Assembly: GCA_963778115.1 (NCBI GenBank)
Contig: CAVZSV010000004.1
Span: forward strand, 2,624,001-2,688,000
Direction of reading: 5' to 3'
Source of the DNA: an uncultured delta proteobacterium
Lineage (GTDB): Bacteria > Bdellovibrionota > FAC87 > UBA2466
DNA length: 64,000 nucleotides
A program made the translations under genes and the position numbers. Positions within the stretch are counted from its first letter, which is position 1. Every line of letters begins with the position of its first letter. The notes beneath the pieces are model-generated. The model was given only the letters and a program-made list of their open reading frames with translations, searched no databases and was not told the DNA's origin. Below are positions 1 through 10,021 of this stretch, piece by piece.

Positions 1-15
1 AAGCTGCTTACTTTT

Positions 16-3000
16 TTGCCCACCGATAGTGGCATGGCGTTCATCCTGATTCAACACCTCGACCCAACCCACCCCAGTTTACTCGCCGAGATTATGTCTC
101 GCGCGACAAGAATGCCCGTCGTCGAAGTCGAGGAGCTGGTTAAAGTCCTTCCCAACCGGATTTATGTGATGCCCTCAAACCGGGACATGATTATTTTGGA
201 TGGGATCCTGCGCACTCAGGTTCGAAAGAGCACGTATGGAATGCCAAACACCATCGATTCTTTTTTCGAATCTCTCGCCGCAGATGCGAAGAATCGGGCC
301 ATTGGAATCATCTTATCAGGGACGGGTTCCGACGGTGCCCATGGAATGACTCAGATTAAGGCGGAGGGAGGGATTACGATCGCGCAAGAGGTAAGCACGG
401 CCAAGTTTGGGGAAATGCCAAAAAATGCGATTGCCACTGAATGCGTCGATTTCGTTCTCTCTATCGAGGAAATTGCAAAAGAGTTACTTCGCATCGCTCA
501 GCATCCGTATCTTTGTGACAGCACATCGCTCGTAGAGAATCCCGAAGTCCCCGAGAAAATTGGTGATGCGACGGTGGTTGCGGATATATTGAAAATTGTG
601 CGAAAAGGAACCGGGGTTGATTTTAGCGCCTACAAGCGTAACACCATTATGCGCAGAATCTCCCGACGGATGGTTCTGTGTAGAAAAGAGAGCCTCCTGG
701 AATATGCGAATTTGTTAACCGGCGATACTTCGGAGGTTCATGCGCTGTATCGAGATCTCCTTATCGGGGTCACAAGCTTCTTCAGAGATCCAGAAACATT
801 CGAAGTGTTGAAAAACCAAATTTTCCCTGAAATCGTCAAGAACCGTGACATCGACAATACGATAAGAATTTGGGTGGCGGGTTGCGCAACAGGAGAAGAG
901 GTCTACTCGATCTCCATGTGCTTAATCGACTTCCTTGAGGAGTCAAAGGCCAGATTTCCCGTTCAAATCTTTGGCACCGATGTGAGCGACCTATCGATCG
1001 ACAAAGCTCGCGCTGGCCTTTTTCGCGAGAGCTCCGTTGCCACGGTTCCCCCGGACTATTTGAAACGCTTTTTTACCAGGGCCGATAACGGTTTTCAGAT
1101 TAACAAGAACATTCGGGACGTATGTGTTTTTGCGCGGCAGAATGTAGTTACCGATCCTCCTTTTTCGGCGCTTGATTTAGTTAGTTGTAGAAATGTACTC
1201 ATCTATCTTGAACCGGTGCTTCAAAAAAGAGTCATTTCTCTATTTCACTATGCCCTTAAGTCTACTGGTTTTCTTATGCTAGGAAACGCCGAGAGCGCGG
1301 GAGCGCATCCGGAATTGTTTTCGGAACACGGCAAATATCAGAAAGTTTATCTTAAGAAGGCCGGAATAGAGCCTTCCCACTTTGATTTTGCACGTAGATA
1401 TGTAGGACGAGACGCTGTCACGGGGAAGACTACTTTTGCCATCGAGGCGCAAACCGTTGTCGATAGTCAGAGTGAATTGGATAGAGAGACCGAGAAAGTT
1501 CTGGCGAGCCGAGCTCCGGTGGGGGCGACCATTAACGAACATTTAGAGATTATTCAAATGCGCGGCCAGACCGGTCTTTTTCTGGAAGCTCCTACAGGTC
1601 CACTAACCAACGACATTCTGAAAATGGCGAGACCTGGTTTGCGAGGAGATCTCGCAAAGGCGATTCACCGGGCACAGCGCGACAATGTCCGGGTCGAAAA
1701 AAATAATTTAAGGATTAAACATAACAAAGGTTTTATAGGGGCGTCCCTCGAGGTAATTCCCTTTCAGAGTGCGGTTTCCAAAAGTCGGCTTTTCGCGATT
1801 GTCTTTTCGGAATCTCCATCTTCCGAAAAGCCACTTCAACAGGGGGTGCAGCCAGAGGATGTAAGAACCGCTCTTTTGGAAAAGGAACTCGCCGACACCC
1901 AAGAGTATTTGCAGTCGCTAGTCGAAAAGGAACGCCTGGCTTCCCACGATTTACGGGCTGTTAATGAGGAGATTCTTTCCAGTAACGAGGAAATGCAAAG
2001 CTCTAATGAGGAACTTGAAACAGCAAAAGAGGAATTGCAGTCTTCAAACGAGGAACTTGCCACGGTTAACGATGAACTTAATCACCGCAATCGCTCTTTA
2101 AGCGAACTAAATAGCGATCTGAATAATCTCCTTAGTACGGTCCATGTGCCGGTGATTATGCTTAGCCGGGACTTAATCATTAGAAGGTTTAGTGCTTTGG
2201 CCGAAACGCTCATTAGTCTGACGCCTAGCGATGTCGGGCGAAATATTAAAGACTTTAAGACAAAACTTAATATCCCTGATCTTGTCGAGATCGTGACCGA
2301 CGTTATTGATAACGTATCGGAGTATGCCCAGGAGATACAAGATGAGCAGGGGAGATGGTTTTCTCTGAGAATCCGTCCCTATCAGACCCTCGATAAAAAA
2401 ATAGATGGGGCAATTGTAGCTCTGATTGATATTGGGACACTTAAAAGTATCCGTGATTATGCCGAAGGCATTGTCCGCACCATGCGTGAGTCATTGATCG
2501 TGTTGGACTCCGACTTGCGGGTAAAGACAGCGAACCCGTCTTTTTATCGAACGTTTTCTGCCGTGCCAGAGCTTATTGAAAAGAAGTTAATCTACGAGAT
2601 AGGTGACGGCGAATGGAATAGTAAGGAGCTTCGGACCTTGCTCGAGGAAATCCTCCCCAAGAATTCTCACTTTCATGATTTTCAGATGCCTTATCACTCC
2701 ATGAAGAAGGGGCATCGCACTTTACTCCTTAACGCGAGCCGGCTTCGAGACGGGAGCAAGGACGGAGATCTTATTCTTCTGGCCATAGAAGATATTACGG
2801 AGCGTAGTGAAGCGCTCGCTACACTTACGGAGACGGCCGAGGCCTTGGGCAGGGCGAACCTAGAGTTGGAACAGTTTGCTGCGATTGCTTCCCATGACCT
2901 CCAAGAACCCTTGCGTATGGTGTCTACATTCATGCAACTTTTGTCGAAGAAATACATCGGTAAATTAGATGCGGATGCCGACGAGTACATCAAAGTAGCC

Positions 3001-3567
3001 GTTGGAGGAGCAACGAGGATGCAGCTCCTGGTACAAGACCTTTTGCACTTTTCTCAGTGCGGGAGAGGGGAATTAAAGCACGAATTGACGGATACCTCCA
3101 AAGTACTCGTAGAGACAATCGCCGGTTTAGGAAGCTTAATAGAGGAGACGCGTACCAAGATATCTCATGATCAATTGCCGACGGTGCCAGTCGACGGTAT
3201 TTTACTTGGGCAAGTTTTTCAAAATTTGATTACTAACGCTATCAAGTTTCGTGACGGAAGAGATCCCGAAATTCATATTTCAAGCAAAACGAAGGGCCCC
3301 AATTGCGAATTTTCTGTGACGGACAACGGGATTGGGATTGAAAAACAATTTATCGACAGGATCTTTCTCATCTTCCAGCGCCTTCATACCAAAGAGAAAT
3401 ATGCCGGAACGGGGGTGGGGCTCGCCATGTGCAAGAAGATTATTGAACGTTATGGCGGTCGAATATGGGTAGAGTCTGAACGGGGCCAGGGGTCGACTTT
3501 TTTCTTTACGCTGCCTTCGGTGTACCACGGCGAAGGCCGTATTGGGACGCTTCCCGTTCCTTCCTAA
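16..3567 (+). CDS. CheB/CheR fusion with coiled coil, PAS domains and histidine kinase (5' end probably outside the window)
   Basis: CheB-like 'IQHLDP' and 'LSGTGSDG'; CheR 'IGVTSFFRDP', 'IWVAGCATGEEVYS', 'SCRNVLIY'; 'NEELETAKEELQS' coil; 'ASHDLQEPLR' H-box and HATPase N/G boxes. Confidence 0.92.
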   Translation: MPTDSGMAFILIQHLDPTHPSLLAEIMSRATRMPVVEVEELVKVLPNRIYVMPSNRDMIILDGILRTQVRKSTYGMPNTIDSFFESLAADAKNRAIGIILSGTGSDGAHGMTQIKAEGGITIAQEVSTAKFGEMPKNAIATECVDFVLSIEEIAKELLRIAQHPYLCDSTSLVENPEVPEKIGDATVVADILKIVRKGTGVDFSAYKRNTIMRRISRRMVLCRKESLLEYANLLTGDTSEVHALYRDLLIGVTSFFRDPETFEVLKNQIFPEIVKNRDIDNTIRIWVAGCATGEEVYSISMCLIDFLEESKARFPVQIFGTDVSDLSIDKARAGLFRESSVATVPPDYLKRFFTRADNGFQINKNIRDVCVFARQNVVTDPPFSALDLVSCRNVLIYLEPVLQKRVISLFHYALKSTGFLMLGNAESAGAHPELFSEHGKYQKVYLKKAGIEPSHFDFARRYVGRDAVTGKTTFAIEAQTVVDSQSELDRETEKVLASRAPVGATINEHLEIIQMRGQTGLFLEAPTGPLTNDILKMARPGLRGDLAKAIHRAQRDNVRVEKNNLRIKHNKGFIGASLEVIPFQSAVSKSRLFAIVFSESPSSEKPLQQGVQPEDVRTALLEKELADTQEYLQSLVEKERLASHDLRAVNEEILSSNEEMQSSNEELETAKEELQSSNEELATVNDELNHRNRSLSELNSDLNNLLSTVHVPVIMLSRDLIIRRFSALAETLISLTPSDVGRNIKDFKTKLNIPDLVEIVTDVIDNVSEYAQEIQDEQGRWFSLRIRPYQTLDKKIDGAIVALIDIGTLKSIRDYAEGIVRTMRESLIVLDSDLRVKTANPSFYRTFSAVPELIEKKLIYEIGDGEWNSKELRTLLEEILPKNSHFHDFQMPYHSMKKGHRTLLLNASRLRDGSKDGDLILLAIEDITERSEALATLTETAEALGRANLELEQFAAIASHDLQEPLRMVSTFMQLLSKKYIGKLDADADEYIKVAVGGATRMQLLVQDLLHFSQCGRGELKHELTDTSKVLVETIAGLGSLIEETRTKISHDQLPTVPVDGILLGQVFQNLITNAIKFRDGRDPEIHISSKTKGPNCEFSVTDNGIGIEKQFIDRIFLIFQRLHTKEKYAGTGVGLAMCKKIIERYGGRIWVESERGQGSTFFFTLPSVYHGEGRIGTLPVPS

Positions 3568-3689
3568 AAGAGACGAAGAAGACCCACAATAGATGATGAC
3601 ATTTCGCGTTATTAACGTAGGTTGAATTGTCCGCCGCTCAACCACTGCCTGCCCAACAAAATTGCAACCGGCGTCCGAGAGGCATCGTC

Positions 3690-4190
3690 ATGAGCGAAAG
3701 AAAACTAAATATACTTCTGGTCGAAGACAATTTCGGCGACGAACTATTGATCAAGGAAGCCCTTAAGAGCAGCAACTGCGGAAGCCATTTGAGCGTGGTC
3801 CGCGATGGAATTTGCGCCCTTTCTTACCTGCGAAGAGAAGGGGGCCATTCACACTCGTCCCGGCCCGATATCATATTTCTCGATGTCAACATCCCGAAAA
3901 AATCTGGGATAGAGGTTCTTGCCGAGATTAAATCGGATCAAAGTTTAAACTCGATCCGTGTTTTGATGCTGACTACATCGGATTCATATCGGGATAAGGC
4001 CCGATGTCTCGATTTGAAGGCCGATGCCTATATTCGTAAACCAGTCGATTTAGAAGATTTTTTGAAGGTAATCAAAACGACGGAAAACCACTACATAAAC
4101 AAACTAATCGAGCCCGACGTTGAGGGTTCCGATGGAGCTGATTTCAATTTAGAATCCACCCCTTCCACATCCAAGCGTGAAGCTTCCTAG
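3690..4190 (+). CDS. Single-domain response regulator (Rcp1/CheY-like)
   Basis: 'ILLVEDN', 'PDIIFLDVNIP', 'LTTS', 'YIRKP'; ATG 3690 preferred over the track start at 3627. Confidence 0.85.
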   Translation: MSERKLNILLVEDNFGDELLIKEALKSSNCGSHLSVVRDGICALSYLRREGGHSHSSRPDIIFLDVNIPKKSGIEVLAEIKSDQSLNSIRVLMLTTSDSYRDKARCLDLKADAYIRKPVDLEDFLKVIKTTENHYINKLIEPDVEGSDGADFNLESTPSTSKREAS

Positions 4191-4243
4191 ATAACCGGGC
4201 TTCGAAGGTGGTTTAGAAATAGACCTCGCTGAACTTTCGAAGT

Positions 4244-4927
4244 TTATGCTGCCAGTTGCCTAATGATGCCCCAGTCACGTTTTACGTTCCAAGCAGTCGA
4301 AAAAGAACCAAAACACTTTCGAGCCAGCTCTGACGGAGTGAGCATAGGCTCCCGATCCAGCATTGCCCACATATCGGCGCGGTAGCTGGGGCCGATAATA
4401 AGACGTTGCCGATACCCCGAATGGAATTTGGCAACGGTAACACTATCCGCTATATCGCTTGGTCTGTGTCGGAGTAGCTTAGCGGGCACAACGAAGTGAG
4501 ATTTCGCGAAGCGAGGATCTTCTCCATCCCGCTTAAGCCAAAACTTCATTTGATCCTCGTCCCCTATTGGTAGGGGCACTCCCCGATAGATACGAGAGAG
4601 TTTTCTCATGCGCGGATCATTCCTCTGCCATTTCGCCATGGCGCTCCAGAAGGCTTTGAGTCTCTTGTCCGGAAGCTCCTTTAGGATGGTATATAAACGA
4701 TCCACATTTACCTGCTTGAAATGGATCGACATCCAATCGACAAGTAGGGAAAGAGTTCGATAATCTCCCGCCAGACCTTCGATCGAACCCGCGACCAAGG
4801 TATGTTCGATGTTGGGTTCTTCTTTCGCTCTATCTTCCGCAAACAGAAAACCGATAGAAACAAGATCTAACGTAAGGGCCTTACCTGATGGGAATGACGA
4901 TGGCAGAATGTCACGCTTAAATCCCAT
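4244..4927 (-). CDS. Hypothetical protein, possible C-terminal HTH
   Basis: 227-aa ORF; 'LTPSELARKCFGSFSTAW' looks helix-turn-helix-like. Confidence 0.55.
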   Translation of the reverse strand: MGFKRDILPSSFPSGKALTLDLVSIGFLFAEDRAKEEPNIEHTLVAGSIEGLAGDYRTLSLLVDWMSIHFKQVNVDRLYTILKELPDKRLKAFWSAMAKWQRNDPRMRKLSRIYRGVPLPIGDEDQMKFWLKRDGEDPRFAKSHFVVPAKLLRHRPSDIADSVTVAKFHSGYRQRLIIGPSYRADMWAMLDREPMLTPSELARKCFGSFSTAWNVKRDWGIIRQLAA

Positions 4928-5488
4928 ACCCGAGCTTTCTCCCTAACTTTGCGAATTCACTTTCTACATGCTTCGGCCAATCAACGTTTGTCACGAGTTT
5001 CTCTTGAAATGATTCCAAGAAGAGCCAGGGCTGTGGCGCCGATGACCACGCCTCGAAAGGAAAGCCCTTTCTCGGCTAAGAACCGGTCAAATTCCTTGAG
5101 TGTAGCCTCCGGTTTCACAGTATTATTATATAAGATACCAAATAAAAGGCAAGGACATAGCCTGGATCAGGACATAACTTACTAGTTTTAAATGGGTTTT
5201 TGTTACTCAAAAAAAATGGGCCATTCCCATGGCCCCCTTTCGCTCTTCAAAACCGAAATGTGGGTTTCACATCCCGATTTGTATTTTGTTTGAAGCTACT
5301 CCCTTCCCCCGAGGAAAACATGCTTTCGTATGAGCATTACGTTAGAACCCTGCCGAGATATTTCCCGTTTCCGCCAAGACCGAATGATATAAGATGAGTC
5401 ATGCGTTCCGAGCCTGAAACCAAGTGAGCTGGCATCAGGAGACTCCAACCAAATAGCTGGATCTAAAGCGCTTCAAAAAGCAATAGGA

Positions 5489-6871
5489 CTAGCTATCCGA
5501 ATCATCCTCGTCTTCCTCATCCTGTTCATCGGCACCGGAGGCCGAACGAGCTTGTTCAAGAACGGTTTTGGCAAGTTCGGGGAGGCGTAAGATTCCATAG
5601 AGAGGATAATTGCACACTCTCCCGTCGTGTTTGAAGTTTCGCGCACTGGCTCTGGAAAGAACTGGAGGTGAAAACTTTCCATCATAGAATTTCAAACTGG
5701 GTTTGTGGCGCTGTTTACCTGCTTTTACTTCGAGGGGGTATATCATCCCATCGTGGCAGAGGACGAAATCAACTTCGGCTACGTTCGGCCGGGCCCAATA
5801 GAAAAGGTCTCTTTCGCCTTCGGAATAGAGCTGCTGCGCGACGTAATTCTCAGTGAACGCCCCATTAAACTGGGCGAACAGGGTGTTCTTTTGAACAATG
5901 GTCTTCATCGAAAGCCTGAGCTTTGCTCCCAGTAGCCCTACGTCGAGAAGATAGAGCTTGAACTTGTCTTCCTCTCGGTAAGCACTCAATGGCAGTTGGG
6001 CTGTTGAAATGCAATTGGAGACCAGGACCAGACCAGCATCTTTAAGCCACTGAATTGCCAGCTCGTAGTCCTTGGCGCGGGCTCCGCGCGCGATGTCAGC
6101 GTACTTAAATTTCTTATTCTCGCGCGCAAGCTGAGTCGAGATTGATTCCCAGACATGGGTAATTCGGATCGTTTCAGTCTTCGTGGTGTATTTCGAGAAA
6201 TCTAGAAGGTACGACTCCAGGATATTATTTTGGTGTTCACGGACCATACTCAGATCTTGAGTCTCTCGATACCGAAGGATCGGCTCGGGCATCCCTCCTA
6301 TGAACATATAGAGCTTCAGTTGGTGTAGGAGTTCCTCATGAAAGGCCTCTTCAATCGGCTCAAAGTCGCTCTTGTCTCTAAGGTATTTGCAGAGGGCCGT
6401 TTTTCCGAACGCCTCCAGATATTCGAAGAAATTAAATGGATAGAGATTTAGAAAAGTAACCTTTCCCACTGGAAACGGGGCCCCGTGCCCCACCTTCACT
6501 CCCAACAGAGAGCCCGCCGCCGCCACGTGGTACTGAGGGGAATGCTCATAGAAATACTTTAGACTACTCAGAGCTTTGGGAGCTGCTTGGATCTCGTCAA
6601 AAAAAATCAGCGTTTCGCCTGGAATGATTTTCTTTTCCCTATAGATGGACAGTTTCTCCAGAATTTTTGGAGTTTCGATATTTTGACTGAAAAACTCGCT
6701 TAGCGCCGGTGTTTCTTCAAAGTTGAAGTACGCCAAGTCTTTGTACTGAGCTTTTCCAAACTCTTTGAGCAAATAGGTTTTTCCGACCTGTCGCGCGCCC
6801 TTCACGATAAGCGGCTTTCTGTCCTTAGCGGATTTCCATTTAAGAAGCCGATGGTAGATATCTCTTTTCAT
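5489..6871 (-). CDS. AAA family ATPase with DUF4143 domain
   Basis: Walker A 'GARQVGKT', Walker B 'IFFDEIQ', 'GGMPE', C-terminal 'EVDFV...PLEVK'. Confidence 0.9.
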   Translation of the reverse strand: MKRDIYHRLLKWKSAKDRKPLIVKGARQVGKTYLLKEFGKAQYKDLAYFNFEETPALSEFFSQNIETPKILEKLSIYREKKIIPGETLIFFDEIQAAPKALSSLKYFYEHSPQYHVAAAGSLLGVKVGHGAPFPVGKVTFLNLYPFNFFEYLEAFGKTALCKYLRDKSDFEPIEEAFHEELLHQLKLYMFIGGMPEPILRYRETQDLSMVREHQNNILESYLLDFSKYTTKTETIRITHVWESISTQLARENKKFKYADIARGARAKDYELAIQWLKDAGLVLVSNCISTAQLPLSAYREEDKFKLYLLDVGLLGAKLRLSMKTIVQKNTLFAQFNGAFTENYVAQQLYSEGERDLFYWARPNVAEVDFVLCHDGMIYPLEVKAGKQRHKPSLKFYDGKFSPPVLSRASARNFKHDGRVCNYPLYGILRLPELAKTVLEQARSASGADEQDEEDEDDSDS

Positions 6872-6960
6872 CGCTGAGATTTTTCCTAATGGGCGTTATA
6901 ATGAGTTTGCTGGAGTTGAATCGAAGGCCCCCATTGCCCTCTTTTAGCACTTCAAAGGTT

Positions 6961-7077
6961 TTATTCTACAATAAGTGTCGTTCTGTAAACCGCTTATCCC
7001 ACCAAAAGTGTGAAGTTGCCTATTTCTTATCGCCTAAAAAGTGTGGTTTTTGTAGTAAATTATCCCATAAAAAGTGT
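6961..7077. repeat. Four 18-bp direct repeats (TTAT-N8-AAGTGT type) at an exact 33-bp period
   Basis: TTATTCTACAATAAGTGT 6961, TTATCCCACCAAAAGTGT 6994, TTATCGCCTAAAAAGTGT 7027, TTATCCCATAAAAAGTGT 7060. Confidence 0.8.
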
Positions 7078-7205
7078 AGTTGTTCAGTTAAGGCTAGTAA
7101 TCTCAATAGCTTGCGATATCGCTAACTATTGAATTGGCTGAGCTTGGGTAGGCGTCTCAAGCCGGGAGCATTCAGTTCAGTCCCCCCTTTACTACTCGGA
7201 ACTTA

Positions 7206-7526
7206 AGAAACAGTGCACGCGGTCTTATGCAGATTACCAACGATACCAGAAAGATCTTAGGCGACGAAAAGGGTGAGTTGAAAGATCATTTCCTCACGCT
7301 TACGAAAGAGGAACTCAATGACCCCCGCGTCAATATTTGTGCCGGCGTCCGTTGGCTCTTCCATAAAAGAGAGCTACTTTCGATCAAACTAGGACGACAA
7401 GCCACTTGGCTAGAGGCTATCAGTTCCTACAAGGGAACTGATAAGGTATCGAGCAAAAGAGCAGTCAGTCTTATGAAGAAATTTAATGAAAAATATGAGG
7501 CCCTTAAAAAATGCAAAAAAGAGTGA
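7206..7526 (+). pseudogene. C-terminal fragment of an SLT/lysozyme-like transglycosylase
   Basis: Upstream in-frame 'SARGLMQI' plus 'LNDPRVNICAGVRWL' and 'AISSY'; the N-terminal region with the catalytic Glu is absent. Confidence 0.6.
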
Positions 7527-8359
7527 GCCTGCTACTCGTTTCATTTTTAATTTCTTTGACTCCGAGATTTCTTCCCGCGGCTCAAACCAAGGAAGAAGTT
7601 TTATGCTCTAAAGGAATCGAGACGAAAGATGAAAAAAAGCATGGCGACTACCTTATTCGAATTTCTTACGCGAACAATCGCATGTGCCAGCGCCTTGAAA
7701 TACTTAGACTTAGCCGAAGGGTATTCCATGAAGAAGATATAGGTAATCATTACGATTGGGGAGATGATGAAGAGGGCAACAATGCATTGGGAAGTCTCAT
7801 CGGCAATGGCACCCAACTCGTGGTTAGAAGATGGACCGGCGGTGCGCATTGCTGTACCGCGCTTCTTATTTTTGATTTAGGCAAACGCCTCAGGAAGATC
7901 GCCGAGATCGATGGGGGCAACTATGCCCCTGAAATCATCCGTCTGCCCGGGAGCCCATTGCCTGTCATCCGAGTAGCCGATGACTTTCTAGCTTACCGAT
8001 TTTCAAGTTTCGGTTTATCCGCAACTGCCGAAGTTTTTCTAAAGTATGCTAACGGTCGGTATTCGGTAGCGCCGGAATTCATGAGGAAACCGGCGCCCTC
8101 CAAGAGGAAAATTAACTCAATAATCGGTTCATGGAGAAGACTTTTACTTGAAAAGAAAACTGCCGACTGGCCACCACCAAATCTAGTTCAATCGTTTACT
8201 AATCTGGTTTATTCAGGAAACAAAGAGACTGCGGTTGTTCTATTAAAACGCGCATGGCCTACAAATCTTCCTGGAGAAAAGGAGTTTGTTCAATCCTGCG
8301 AGGAAGCATTGGCTGATTCTAAGTATTATTCAGAATTTGAGGGAAAGCTCTCCCGATAA
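7511..8359 (+). CDS. Exported hypothetical protein
   Basis: 282 aa, signal-peptide-like N-terminus, 'WTGGAHCC' motif; overlaps the stop of the SLT fragment. Confidence 0.7.
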   Translation: MQKRVSLLLVSFLISLTPRFLPAAQTKEEVLCSKGIETKDEKKHGDYLIRISYANNRMCQRLEILRLSRRVFHEEDIGNHYDWGDDEEGNNALGSLIGNGTQLVVRRWTGGAHCCTALLIFDLGKRLRKIAEIDGGNYAPEIIRLPGSPLPVIRVADDFLAYRFSSFGLSATAEVFLKYANGRYSVAPEFMRKPAPSKRKINSIIGSWRRLLLEKKTADWPPPNLVQSFTNLVYSGNKETAVVLLKRAWPTNLPGEKEFVQSCEEALADSKYYSEFEGKLSR

Positions 8360-8622
8360 ATTAACGGAGAGCACGTCGAAATCCCGAGTGCACCAGTGCA
8401 CCGAGGATCGAATGCTTATCAAGGAGAGCACCAGACTAAGAATCTGGTGCTCTCCGAATTTCATTTGAATCTTAATCCTCCAATCTCAATTACTTACCTG
8501 TCTTTCCAGCTAGCCTTTTGACATGTGGTGGAAGATTTTTGGAAGATAATTCCAGACTATCGCGCGATAGACACAAGGAAATTAGCGTGCTAAGTAATTA
8601 ACTTCTCAGTCCTTTCTCCTAA

Positions 8623-8696
8623 GGGCCCATAGCTCAATCGGATAGAGCACCAGATTTCTAATCTGGGGGTTGTTGGTTCAATCCCAACTGGGCCCA
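8623..8696 (+). tRNA. tRNA-Arg(TCT)
   Basis: Cloverleaf: acceptor GGGCCCA/TGGGCCC, D stem GCTC/GAGC, anticodon stem CCAGA/TCTGG with loop TTTCTAA, T stem GTTGG/CCAAC with loop TTCAATC; CCA not encoded. Confidence 0.97.
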
Positions 8697-8704
8697 GACT
8701 GAAT

Positions 8705-8905
8705 TCAATTCTCAACGATTACGTTATCGACCGTATCGGTATAGCCCGACGAGTTGGTCCCCGAAACCAACGTCGCCGAACTACTACAGGAGAGCGTTCC
8801 GGAAGAAGAAGTGGAAGACGGGTTACTGCAGGCCTGCAAAGTGGATATGAGAACGAGACTAATAATAATCCCCAGAAAAGAACTAATTTTTTCTTTGTTA
8901 GGCAT
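8705..8905 (-). CDS. Small Ser/Thr-rich lipoprotein (possibly truncated)
   Basis: Hydrophobic signal, lipobox-like 'LQAC', then SSTSSS tract. Confidence 0.55.
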   Translation of the reverse strand: MPNKEKISSFLGIIISLVLISTLQACSNPSSTSSSGTLSCSSSATLVSGTNSSGYTDTVDNVIVEN

Positions 8906-9348
8906 AAATGCTCCGCATCAACCAAACGCTCCTCAGTTCCACTGAGTGTTTCTTTTGCAATGGCGGGCCAACATAGACTAGGCACGGAAGATTGAACTAC
9001 TTTTACACGCTACATTTAGAAGGAACTTTTCCTCCAAATCGAACAATGAGTTGGTGATGTCTAAAGTTTCGATACCGAGGCGCAGGCGTCCTTTGAGATT
9101 GCACTGACCCGCCGTTATTATTCTTCGAAGTCGTAAACGTAACAAAATATAGTGCCAAAACTCTGAACAGATCCTCCTTTCGGCAGAAAATTTAGGTGCT
9201 GCGAATGGAAGCAGACTACAAATAATTCTTATCGATATCTTATGGCCGGGTGACGTTCGCTTGGTAAATGAATGATCAACACTTGTGGGAAAGGCTTTTT
9301 ATCGTCGATATTTGTTATTTCGTAATCTGACTCCTCGACAGAATGCCC

Positions 9349-9384
9349 GAAACATTTAGATACTTTTAGATACAACTCGTTACA
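9349..9384 (+). promoter_or_regulatory. 10-bp-periodic OmpR-family-like boxes
   Basis: GAAACA/GATACT/GATACA/GTTACA at 9349, 9359, 9369, 9379, upstream of the pilin-like gene. Confidence 0.5.
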
Positions 9385-9429
9385 ACTTATTCCGGGCTTC
9401 GTTCGTGTGCCTTCGATACAATCGACGCA

Positions 9430-9957
9430 ATGAAAAAAGTGAGCAAGTCTTGGCCCAGGCTTTCTCTCGCTAGAAATGGCCAAGCGATCATCGAGTACAT
9501 CTTGATGGTTGTCATGCTCGCGGTAACGATGGCCGTCGTTATCCGAAATACAAGTCAGATTATCTATTGCTATTGGACCGGGTTGGTTCGACAGGTGGCA
9601 AGAGGTTGTGCCGATTGCACGACCCAAGCGGGACCGGGCGCCGAAATGTGCGGAGGGTTGACGGGTCCGTCAACGACGACTGGAAGGTATTCACCGCCGG
9701 TGTCTTCCCCTCCAACAAACCCGACTTCCAGTTCCGAGCCACCTCCTCCCCCGCCTCCACCTACTGGCGGACGTCCGCCGCGCCCTCCACGAGGAAGACC
9801 TCCCTGGCCTCCGCCGTGGCCCCCTCCGCCCGGAGCGCCTCCGTGGCCTCCTCCAGACGGTTTACCACCGGGGCCACCCCCAGATGGCTTTCCAGGTCCG
9901 CCTCCGGATGGACTTCCGCCGGGTCCGCCTTCAAGTGGTAATAGCGGATCGAACTGA
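9430..9957 (+). CDS. Flp/TadE-like prepilin with a proline-rich C-terminal tail
   Basis: 'RNG|QAIIEYILMVVMLAV' type IV prepilin cleavage motif; tail of PPPP, WPPP and PPPDGxPPG repeats. Confidence 0.7.
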   Translation: MKKVSKSWPRLSLARNGQAIIEYILMVVMLAVTMAVVIRNTSQIIYCYWTGLVRQVARGCADCTTQAGPGAEMCGGLTGPSTTTGRYSPPVSSPPTNPTSSSEPPPPPPPPTGGRPPRPPRGRPPWPPPWPPPPGAPPWPPPDGLPPGPPPDGFPGPPPDGLPPGPPSSGNSGSN

Positions 9958-10021
9958 GTGCTTTTTTAAGTGTTCAGGATTTCTAGACTCCCAGAATCGG
10001 GACTGAGGTTTGCGCAGACGA

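Noticed and set aside
6961..7077. 33-bp-period array as a canonical CRISPR
   Set aside because: Repeats are degenerate and only 18 bp, spacers are 15 bp, and there are no cas genes. Kept as an unexplained array.
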